This document shows positions 36,881 to 47,030 of a stretch of 64,000 nucleotides of DNA, piece after piece (positions within the stretch are counted from its first letter, which is position 1; each line of letters begins with the position of its first letter). The DNA comes from Octopus bimaculoides (taxonomy: Eukaryota). Below the pieces are notes generated by a model. The model had not been told where the DNA came from and made no database searches. It saw nothing but the letters and a program-made list of their open reading frames with translations. The stretch covers positions 17,923,607 through 17,987,606 of the forward strand of contig NC_069003.1 in assembly GCF_001194135.2 (NCBI RefSeq), written 5' to 3'. Both the position numbers and the translations under genes were made by a program.

Positions 36881-38632
36881 ACACACACATATATATATAT
36901 AGGCACAGGCGTGGCTGTGTAGTTAAGAAACTTGCCTTGCTGCCACATGGTTCCAGTTTCAGTTCCACTGTGTAGCAGCCCATCATGTGTGTGTGTATTT
37001 GTCTCCCCACTCATACACCTCTTGACAATTGGTATTTGAGGATGTAAACATCCCCATAACTTAGAAGTTCAACAAAACAGACAGATAAAATAAATACCAG
37101 ACATATCAAAAAATAAAGTACTGGGGGTGAAACAAGAGGTAAAAGAAACACATCTATTACTCCCTTTTGACCCCAGAGCCCATACAAAATTTCCTACCAC
37201 CCACTTTGAAAAGTCCTGCTCTAAATGGTAGCTCAACCTGCTAAAAATAGTAACTAAGTCTCTCTCTCTTTCTCTCTCTCCCTCAAAGCACACCCTTCTG
37301 TCTTACAAAAACTAAAAGTAAAGAGACATTGGACAATATATTCTCAGATATCCCAGATACATCTATAACTGAAAACAGTTTGGATGGTCATGAATGGAAC
37401 CCTTTTGATCCTAAGTCTGTTCCATCAGGGCTGATTTGAGGCAGCTAAAATCCCCCAATGATTTTGAGATCCTTTTACACAATGGCCCTTCCCCTCATCC
37501 CAAATACTGTTAGTGCTAGAACGAGATTCTTCCAAAGTTCCTTAGACATACCTGCATTTTAACACTAGAGAGACATATGGAATAGCCCTTAACTCGTGAT
37601 GGGGGTACTGTATGGGTACTGTTGTAACATACAATGTTTTAGGTATTTTAAAACAGGAAAAGCCTATCCCTGTCTAGGTTCCAACACAAGTTTCTTACAA
37701 AGAGGAGTGAAAGAGAAAGAAAGCAAGAAAGAGAAAAAGAGAAAGGAGAGAAAGATAAGGAAGAAAGACATAGAAAGGTAAAAAGGATGAGTAAGAAAGA
37801 AGATTCAACCCTAGGATTTGACTGGTACTTTGTCAACTCTGAAGAGATAAAAAGGCAACACTGACTTGGGTGGAGGTTGAACTCAAAGAGCCAGATACTA
37901 GAATTTATAGCACAAGGCTTGACAGGCTAACTGCCAATTTCCCTGATGATACAGTTTTGAATTCTGATTACATGAGAACATAACTGGTAGAGCATCTTAC
38001 AGACCAAACATCATTCACCATTTAATGTCCATTTTTCATGCTGGGTTGGATAAAAGGAGTTGGCAAACCAAAGGACTACACCAAACTCTGCTGTCATAGT
38101 TTTCATGGTTGGATACCCTTTCTAACGTGAACTACTTTTACAGAGTGGACTAGGTGCTTTTCACATGGTACCAGCACCAGCGAGGTCTGTTTTGGCATGG
38201 TTTTTACAGCTGGATGCTCTCCTTAAACAACTTAATATTTGGTTACATCGTTTTACATCTAGATTTTGGGTTCAAATCTCACCCAATTATACTTTAACTT
38301 TTGTCTTTCCAAGATAAAAAAAGAAGTAGTTGGGGTGGAGTTTGGAAAGAAGTGGAGGATTCAAATATATCCAAGAATTTGATGACTAATAGTTCAATGG
38401 CAGAGAGAAACCAGTGAAAGAAAGAATAAAATACAAAAAGAAGAAAAGAGAAAAACACAGGAATGAATGGAAGGAAGGAAAGGATGAAAGAAAGGAAGGA
38501 AGGAATAAAAAATACTCCTCCCAAAGAAGATGTTTTGCAAGAGAGAAGTGGTCAAACTTTTTTGTTTGTTTTGAAGGAAATTAGAGAAAGATCACAGGGA
38601 GAAGTGCATGTTAAAAAATGGTCAGAACTTAC

Positions 38633-38730
38633 CTATACAGTGGCAACATAATGGGGAAAGCATAAGCTAAGTGCGGTGCTATTTGTATCAAGTTTGACCT
38701 CTCAATTAAAGCTTCCTTAACCATTTTATA
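38633..38730 (-). CDS. GPD2: GPD2 exon (YKMVKEALIERSNLIQIAPHLAYAFPIMLPLYR)
   Basis: Matches the conserved MVKEALxERxNLxxIAPHL..PIMLP segment. Acceptor ttattttcag|, donor TAG|gtaagt; 98 nt, phase 0 to 2. Confidence 0.96.
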
Positions 38731-39606
38731 CTGAAAATAAAAACAGACTATCACAAAATATCCTGGACAAGATCAGTAACAGAACAACAAGAACATGTGC
38801 GCATACACAGCAGAGATCAATGTCAATCTGTGCCAAGCAGCTTCACTCTATGGCAACAGTTTGGATAGTTATTGATCAGACCTCGTATATATATTTTAAT
38901 CAACACTAAGTCATCATAAATTAGGTCTGGTATCTCTCATAAACCAGTGAAGTTAATGATTGAACACTGTTGATCAACACAAAATAACAGCAACAATCAG
39001 GTTTGAAACCACAAATATAGTATTTTAAATACTCAGCTCTCCACAAGCTCTCTTCATAGGAACAATGCTTAGTTCTGTATACATGTATACTAATGATTAA
39101 AAGTATTCCAGTTGTGATCATCTCACCTGTTTCTCAGACACAGCCTATCTAAGACTTCATTATTCATTATATTTTCTGTTCTCTTTTTGAAGATTGAAGA
39201 TATAAAATGATGATGATAACAATAGTGGTGGTGATGATGGGATACGATACATGGAAGATTGGGTTGTTATTTCTAGCCAATCAAGTGACAACGTTGAGAT
39301 TCCCTCTTATGTATTCCAGTAATTGTTTAGCCCCAAGCCATATCTGATCCAGCAGCAAACCTATGATCAAAGATAATCATTCCATGACCTTCCAATCAAT
39401 ATATCTAGGACTATTGTTTTTCAATGTGTCCTTTGGTTTAGCTCTCCCTTTTCTTAATTATTCAGAAACAAGAAACAAACTTATGCTAATTGTTTGTTAA
39501 AAAATTTATTGTTTTCTTTTTCTCCTCTTTAATGACTTTATCAGAGGAGGGAGTGTCCATATAGTCTTTAGTCATATTCTCTTCTATTGGTGGTTTTACT
39601 TGAATA

Positions 39607-39913
39607 GAGAATATGACCAAAGACTGCGTGTACTCCAGCCCATGCAGCTGTGGTAGGTTCTACAAAGGCGAAACATGCCATCCCCTCAAAATAAGGGTAG
39701 ACTAACATCGTAAAGCTGTGACATGAGGAGATATTGATAAAATGGGTGTACCTGATCATGTATGGAAAAATGGAGACCACCTCCCCCTGTGGGATGAAGT
39801 TAAAATAATAAACAGAACAGCACTGGAAAATATGAAAATTAAAAGAAGCAGCACATATGCTAGGACATAATAACCTCCTAAGCAGACCTAGTGCAGATAT
39901 GAGTAGCATATGG
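39607..39913 (+). mobile_element. Penelope-like element GIY-YIG endonuclease 3' fragment
   Basis: ENMTKDCVYSSPCSCGRFYKGETCHPLKIRVD*HRKA...DHVWKNGDHLPLWDEVKII, then after a frameshift HWKI*KLKEAAHMLGHNNLLSRPSADMSSIW. This fits the VYxIxCxCGxxYxGET..R..EH pattern of PLE endonucleases. Confidence 0.82.
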
Positions 39914-39973
39914 AAAATAGGATAGGAAAATATTAGATTTATAAGCCCTAAAATTCACTCTATAACTGCCCAC

Positions 39974-40045
39974 GGGCATACAGTGTAGTGGTTAAGAGCA
40001 CAGGCTACTAACCCCAAGATTCCGAGTTTGATTCCAGGCAGTGAC
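39974..40045 (+). other. tRNA-like segment with A/B-box-like motifs (not a functional tRNA)
   Basis: GTGT-AGTGGTTAAGA-GCAC D-arm, GG-CTACTAA-CC anticodon-type loop, GAGTTTGATTCC B-box-like. Acceptor and T stems are broken. Confidence 0.7.
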
Positions 40046-40113
40046 CTGAATAATGATAACATCGAAAAATACCTTAGGAGTAAGAACCCAGGTTCGAAAT
40101 TTCCCCAAGACAC

Positions 40114-40146
40114 CTGATGAAGGCTGGAGGGTATATCAGCTAAAAC
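40114..40146 (+). ncRNA. Degenerate hammerhead-ribozyme-like core
   Basis: CTGATGA-A-GGCTG-(10 nt)-CAGCT-AAAAC; the canonical GAAA is AAAA here. It lies about 200 bp 3' of a Penelope ORF end. Confidence 0.5.
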
Positions 40147-40749
40147 TCTGTACTTACAACAAACAAGATGAGGACAAATATCCATCAAATGTAAATAATG
40201 TATTATCATCATCATCAGCAGCAGCAGCAGCATAATTATCAGCATTTATAGTGTTTGTGTGAAAAGGTTTGCTAAGTAAACAGGGAGAGAGAGATAATTA
40301 GCAAATTGCAGAGACGTGCAAGAGTAGCTGTGTGGTAAGAAGTTTGCTTCCCAGCCACATGGTTCCAGGCTCAGACCCGCTGTATAGCACCTTGGGCAAG
40401 TGTCTTCTACTACAGTTCCAGGCTGATCAAAGCCTTGTAAGTGGATTTGGTAGACGGAAACTGAAAGAAGCCTGTTGTGTGTGTGTATTTGTCTAAGTCC
40501 ATGACTGCTTTTGGCTACAATGAACCAGAGAGGTTACAATCATTTTTAACAATCATCATCATTTAATGCCTATGTTCCATGCTGGCATGGGTCAGACAGT
40601 TTGACAGGATCTGATGGCTCCAAGGTCTGATATTATGCTCCAATGTCTGCTTTGGTATGGTTTCTATGGCTGGATGCCCTTCCTAATGCTTTATAGCAGG
40701 TACTCAGTGCTTTTTTGTGCCACCAGCACTAACCAAAATATAAATTTAC

Positions 40750-40874
40750 CTGTTCGTAATCTAAATTAAATACAGCCTTCTGTAGATACCGTACACCTCC
40801 ATGAATCAACTTTGTACTTCGGCTACTGGTCCCAGATGCAAAGTCATATTTCTCAATCATTGCAGTCTTCAAAC
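40750..40874 (-). CDS. GPD2: GPD2 exon ([42 protein letters not shown])
   Basis: Hand translation gives the [17 protein letters not shown] signature of FAD-dependent G3PDH. Acceptor ctactttcag|, donor CAG|gtaaat; 125 nt, phase 1 to 0. Confidence 0.97.
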
Positions 40875-41154
40875 CTGAAAGTAGAGAGAAGTACTAAGAT
40901 GAATAGCATTCAGATTCATAAGCCATTAAATAATTAGTAATTTGTTAATTATTAGCCTAGTTGTTAGGGCACTGCACTCACAATCACAGGTTGGATTCCT
41001 GGACCAGGCAGTGCATTGTGTTCTTGAGCAAAACTTTTCATTTCATGTTGCTCTGCAATCAGTTCAACATCTGACATGTGCACCTATGCAGGCAATGTTG
41101 ACTTAAAGTGGGGAGTGGGTTAATGTACAACACAAACATTCAATTACTGTAAAC

Positions 41155-41469
41155 TTGTGGTTCTCAACCATTTTTTTTTTTATCTATGGAGCCTTTTGAT
41201 AACTATCTGATGTTTAAAAACTAGTTTTATACATACTTCTTTCAAAATTCCTATTTTGTTTTCCATGCATTAACTTGTGTAGGTTGAACTATGTAAAATG
41301 TTTGAGAAAGAAACACAGCTGTTTCTTGCAATAATCCATCTAAAGCAAAATTTTTCAACGACTCTTCATATACTAAAGTGGGTTCCCAATTTACTATTTT
41401 GGTTGCATGAACTCCCAAAAATCTTATATGGACACCAGGAGTCACATGGACCCTGGTTGAGAACCACTA
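41155..41469. mobile_element. hAT-family MITE with 8-bp TSD
   Basis: TIRs TTGTGGTTCTCAACC / GGTTGAGAACCACTA, flanked by CTGTAAAC (41147-41154) and CTATAAAC (41470-41477), a 7/8 match. Confidence 0.88.
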
Positions 41470-42384
41470 CTATAAACGAATCAACTGTGCAAGTTGTTCA
41501 GCAATGACTCAGGCCTATTATTATTGTTGTTGTTGCATAACTTCAGGTCAGTCATGTTCTGGTAAACTTATGTTCAAAGACGTTCCAGCCATGTCTTTGC
41601 TTCTTGTTGTTGCCTCAGGTCAGCCTTAATCTATCATCAAAAGTGTTCCAGCCCTGATCATCCTAGGTTTTACTCAGACACAGTGTGTCTAGGACTATAT
41701 TTTTCTTTAATGTGTCTTTACATCTTCCTATTCATTTTAGCCCCAGGTCAACTCGAGCCTAGTAGGCCTATGATCAAAGATGTTCCAGCCCTGATCATCT
41801 CATCATTTATTCAGTTGTAGTATGTCTAGCACTACATCATCTAAATGTGTCTTTGCTTCTTGTTGTTTAGCCCAAGATCAGTCAACTTTCATTGTGACAT
41901 AGTTGATCTAGGACTACACTATCTCATGTGTCTTTGCCTGTTGTTATTTAGTCCCTGGTCAGCTCTGATCTATGATCAAAGTGGTCCAAAACAACCATCC
42001 CCATTGCAGACTGAGTTACCAAATTAGCAGAAGGTGTCAACTATTTCAAGACAACCTCCCTGAGCAGTTAGATACGTCGTTGTCGCCGCCGCCACTGTCA
42101 TAAGTGTTTTAATGTCTACTTTTGCATGCTTGTGTGGGTCAGATGGAATTTGTTGAGGCAGATTTTCTATGGCCAGATGCCCTTCCTGTCGTCAGCCTTA
42201 TCTGTTCTCAAGCGAGGTAATGTTTTTTATGACCAGACATGTTTCATTGAAGACTGGAAGTCAATGACATACTTTGTATGATAGTGTTGCCTGTTTCACC
42301 CTTTAAACCAGCCATATTCAACCAAAATATTCTGCTTGTTTTACAAACCAACCAGAACCCTTCAAAGTCATTTTAAAAATAAAT

Positions 42385-42542
42385 GCAGGCGTAGCTGTGT
42401 GGTAAGAAGGTTGCTTCCAAACCACATGGTTCCAGGTTCAGTCCCACTGCGTGGCACCTTGGACAAGTGTCTTCTACTAACTATAGCTTCAAGCCGATCA
42501 AAGCCTTGTGAGTGGATTCAGTAGACAGAAACCAAAGAAGCT

Positions 42543-42579
<37 letters not shown>

Positions 42580-42780
42580 TGTGTGTGTTTGTCTCTCCAC
42601 CACCACTTGACTACCGGTGTTGGTTTGTTTACATCCCCATAACTTAGCAGTTTGGCAAAAGAAACTGACAGAATAAGTACTAGGTTTGAAAATGAAAAGA
42701 AGTACTGGGGTTGATCTATTTGACTAAAAATTCTTCAATGTGGAGCCCCAGCATAACTGAAACAAGTAAAAAATAAAAGA
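42385..42780 (+). mobile_element. Family-A SINE, near full length
   Basis: tRNA-like head, internal (AT)n/(GT)n, body CATCCCCATAACTTAGCAGTTTGGCAAAAGAAACTGACAGAATAAGTACTAGG and tail ACTGAAACAAGTAAAA. Confidence 0.8.
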
Positions 42781-43092
42781 TAATTACACCATCAAAATCT
42801 TGAAGCTACAAGATAAAGCATGACTATATAAGTATTACATTTGACACAGTAATCTGAATGCTTCACACAATGTCACGATGAGAAAACACAAAAGCATAAT
42901 CATAAAGACACATGTATATACATACCTATACATACACATGCATACATAAATACATATATATGCATACACACACACACACACACGATATATTTCTTTCAGT
43001 CTCTGTCTACCAAGTCCACTCACAAAGCTTTGGTTGGCCCAAGGCTATAGTAAAAGATACTTGTCCAAGGTGCCATACACACACACACACAC

Positions 43093-43866
43093 NNNNNNNN
43101 NNNNNNNNNNNNNNNNNNNNNNNNNNNNNNNNNNNNNNNNNNNNNNNNNNNNNNNNNNNNNNNNNNNNNNNNNNNNNNNNNNNNNNNNNNNNNNNNNNNN
43201 NNNNNNNNNNNNNNNNNNNNNNNNNNNNNNNNNNNNNNNNNNNNNNNNNNNNNNNNNNNNNNNNNNNNNNNNNNNNNNNNNNNNNNNNNNNNNNNNNNNN
43301 NNNNNNNNNNNNNNNNNNNNNNNNNNNNNNNNNNNNNNNNNNNNNNNNNNNNNNNNNNNNNNNNNNNNNNNNNNNNNNNNNNNNNNNNNNNNNNNNNNNN
43401 NNNNNNNNNNNNNNNNNNNNNNNNNNNNNNNNNNNNNNNNNNNNNNNNNNNNNNNNNNNNNNNNNNNNNNNNNNNNNNNNNNNNNNNNNNNNNNNNNNNN
43501 NNNNNNNNNNNNNNNNNNNNNNNNNNNNNNNNNNNNNNNNNNNNNNNNNNNNNNNNNNNNNNNNNNNNNNNNNNNNNNNNNNNNNNNNNNNNNNNNNNNN
43601 NNNNNNNNNNNNNNNNNNNNNNNNNNNNNNNNNNNNNNNNNNNNNNNNNNNNNNNNNNNNNNNNNNNNNNNNNNNNNNNNNNNNNNNNNNNNNNNNNNNN
43701 NNNNNNNNNNNNNNNNNNNNNNNNNNNNNNNNNNNNNNNNNNNNNNNNNNNNNNNNNNNNNNNNNNNNNNNNNNNNNNNNNNNNNNNNNNNNNNNNNNNN
43801 NNNNNNNNNNNNNNNNNNNNNNNNNNNNNNNNNNNNNNNNNNNNNNNNNNNNNNNNNNNNNNNNNN
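43093..43866. other. Assembly gap (N run)
   Basis: Run of N; further gaps at 54129-54234 and 57213-57541. Confidence 1.
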
Positions 43867-44805
43867 GGCATTTTCAGTCATTTATTTAAACCTTCTGCTA
43901 ACTCACCAAATTCAATTATTTGAAATAGATGGGTTTTGAGATTTAAATTTGGTAATTTTCTAAGACTTTAATTCTTGTGTATAAGGGGCCCACCAAACTT
44001 GAAGTTCGGGCTCCCCATGGTTTAAATCCAGCCCTGCCTAAACAAGACAGAATTAAAGGGACCTCATACCCCTACACTTTTTCTTCTTATTTTCCAACCC
44101 CTTTACAGTGTGTACTGGATGCATTTTCTCATGGTACAAACACTAATGAAGTTGTCTCGTTCACCAATCACTCCAGCGGGGGTGGGGGCTTTCCATCAAG
44201 GTACCAACACAGAAATGGGTGTGGGAAGTACCTTGTGCACAATGAGTAATATATACTTTGAAGAAAATATTTTTTTTTTTTACAAATATCCACTACCTTG
44301 CCACAACTATATCAGCGAAGTAAAGACCTTTTCTAAATGCAGTAAAACCTATAAAATATTCAGAACACTATTTCAGAAAATTATCACTGTTCTCTTTGAG
44401 CATATAATAGACAAATTTAGGCGGGGCAAAATGGGTAAAACAAGATAAGGTAAATATGCCCTTCTATTTCTCTGGAATTGAATTTGTAAAAAGAGTCATA
44501 CACATAAGCATCCATCCTTAGACATCAGAGAGATCAGAAATGTAACAAAGTTTTAAATATCTTGGTCAAATGAAAGAGGATTATGGAAAAATAGCACATA
44601 ATATGAAATTAATGAAACTCAACTAAATCTAAAAACTCAACATAAAATATTCTTTATAGCTTCTTCATTATAGCTTCTCCACCCAAAATTATCCAGATAT
44701 TTTATTAGCTACCTCAATTACAATTGGGTCATATTAGAGGAAAAGTTTCTTGAAAATAGTACCTGTCACCTGTTTCAAACTCTCAACTTCAACAACTATG
44801 TGAAC

Positions 44806-46400
44806 CAGGGGTTCTCAACCTTTTTTGTCTGTAGACCCTTTTCATTCCTATTTCACTCGTGGATCCACCACTAACACCATACCCATTTGATGTTTAAAAA
44901 CATCATATTGTATTTTTATAATTAAATATTATTAGGACTTGTATTAAAATTGTTAAAATATTTTGTGTACTGTAGACCTATAACCAATTTCTTAACTAAA
45001 TTCTATGGAAAATTAATGTTTACAAGTAAAATGAGTCATAAATATACAAGTATATATTTATTAAAATAAGAGAATACTTTAGTGTTAATTATTTTAATGC
45101 AAGTCTGGCAGTTGGTGCTGCTCTGCTAGTTTTAAAATATTCTACTCCAATGTTGTCAATGATAATTGAAGATCACCTTTTTCTACAATGTTGATTTGAT
45201 TACAAGCTTTTGACAGTAAGTTAGTGACATGGCTGAAACCAGATTCAACAAGGTAAGGTAAAGGAAAAGCAGTCAAGTACAACTGTGCTTCCCCACCAGA
45301 ATAGTGGATACTCTGTAGCAGAGTCATTTCTTTTCCATACATTATGTTCTCGATCTTTAAATTTTGTCTGAAATATTTCATCACTCTGCAATTCAATGAC
45401 ATTCTCCTGCAAACAGATATCTACATCAGCAACATTAACTTCATAAAGAAATGTCACCCAATGCTGTATATTTAACTTCAGCAAGTCATTAAACTGAGCT
45501 TGCATATCATTATGCAAGTTTTTCAAATGTTCAGTATACAAAGTCATCATAATGCAGATTACTGTTAATTGATTCCAAACTAGGAAACTGTAATAATACG
45601 CAACATATAATATTCATTTTCTAGAGCTGTACTTTCTCTAGAAAAGCAGTAATAGCTCCTTTGGAGGAGAGTTTTCTCCTTGAAGCTGTTTGCTAATCAA
45701 ATTAATTTTATCAAATATATCTGATAAATAAAATATATCACATTTAGCTGCAACCATTTGTTTGCTGAAATTGTTGTTAGCCAGGAATGAGACAATAGTG
45801 TACCAAAGTGTAAAAAAAAAAAAATGACAAAGACAATTCCCTTTTGATAAACATCTCATCTCTGTGTGAATTACAAAGCATTCCAGCTCTTCATTTTGAT
45901 TACGGAATTCATGAAAGATGCAGTCTTATAAATAATATTACAATATTAAGAACATCATGAAAATGTGCACTTTATTGTTTTGTAAGTGTTGCTGGTGTTA
46001 TCACAAAGTTAATATATAAAATACAGCATTTGTTAAATAGGCAATAAATCCTCTGTATCTGCCAATCATAGACGGAGCATTGTCAGCAGAAGCTACTATA
46101 TTTCTGAGGGGAATATTACGTTCCTTGAAATAAGTTACAATGTTTTTGAAAATTGTTTTGCCTTCAGTATCTGTTTTAAAATGTCTGGCAAAAAGCATTT
46201 CCTCTCTGAATTCATTATCATCCAAAAAAAGAATATATGTCAATAAAATAGCTTTACTATCTCTCAGGGTAGATTCATCAGGTCGAAAAGGAAATTTCTG
46301 TACTTGTGATTTGGTTACTAGTTGCTTTTCTACATCTTAGCCATTTCATCCCATGTTTCTTTTCCAGACATATTGTATCTTGGACTACAAGATCCAATGT
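44806..46400 (-). mobile_element. hAT (Charlie/Buster-like) transposon relic
   Basis: TIR CAGGGGTTCTCAACC at 44806. Minus-strand fragments DESTLRDSKAILLTY...EEMLFARHFKTDTEGKTIF...NIPLRNIVASADNAPSMIG, HTEMRCLSKGNCL and FPLPYLVESGFSHV. Confidence 0.85.
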
Positions 46401-46499
46401 AACTTTCCATTCTTTTTTAAAATTAAGTTAGGCTGTTGTTTGCTCTAAAATAACACTGAAGTCCCTTTTATGTTAGTCCTCACAACCTTACATTTTCTT

Positions 46500-46882
46500 T
46501 TCAAATACATATAAACTTAGGTAGACAGTGTACTCAGATAGGCACTATACTTGGATAGATAGTATGCTCAGGTACATGGTATACTTGGATAGATGGTATG
46601 CTCTGGTAGATGCTCAGGTGAGTGACATAGATGATATGTTCAGGTAGATAATATGTCTGGATAGACACTATACCTAGGTAAATAGTATGTGACAGTAAAT
46701 GATGGTTTAGGCAGACGGTATGCTTGAGTTACTACCATTCCTATGTAGATAAGTTTGGGTAGGTGGCACATTTGGATGGGTGACATGTTAGGGCAGGTGG
46801 CATGTTTGGGTAGATAGCATGTTTGGGTAAACTGGTATGATTCATTCATTCCAATTTATCCAAATGTGTTACCTGCCCAAAC
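46500..46882. repeat. Degenerate 17-bp minisatellite ending in an inverted copy
   Basis: Units such as ATAGATAGTATGCTCAG, GTACATGGTATACTTGG, ATAGATGGTATGCTCTG; 46855-46882 is an inverted copy of 46804-46831. Confidence 0.75.
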
Positions 46883-46922
46883 TATACAAATACAAAAAGT
46901 TTAGCATGTAAATTATACTTAC

Positions 46923-47030
46923 TGGTCTGGTGAAGTCCTTGTACTTGGGTATTAGGTAGGTACCCAACAGAGCAGCTCCTCCAACTGCCAGTCCAACCTT
47001 GACTGCCCTCTTTGACATCTGAAACCTCAT
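46923..47030 (-). CDS. GPD2: GPD2 first coding exon (MRFQMSKRAVKVGLAVGGAALLGTYLIPKYKDFTRP; mitochondrial targeting/hydrophobic N-terminus)
   Basis: ATG at 47030-47028 in context GCCAACATGA, with an in-frame TGA 5 codons upstream. Basic plus Gly/Ala hydrophobic leader resembles the vertebrate GPD2 N-terminus. Donor CCA|gtaagt at 46922; acceptor ttgtctttgcag| at 47058, so the exon spans 46923-47057 including 5'UTR. Confidence 0.82.

Noticed and set aside
39974-40045. Functional tRNA gene
   Set aside because: Acceptor and T stems do not pair and the anticodon stem is reduced to 2 bp. It is a tRNA-derived relic.
42912-43939. Long ORFs (278-325 aa) spanning the N run; likewise ORFs at 53971-54445 and 57160-57582
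   Set aside because: Artefacts of translating N as X.
43990-44035. TAAATCCAGCCCTG as a DNA-transposon TIR (Harbinger/hAT-like)
   Set aside because: Only one end is visible, and the other would be in the gap. Too little evidence to call.
46640-46849. 69-aa ORF with repeated YLP motifs
   Set aside because: Translation of a 17-bp (non-triplet) minisatellite.
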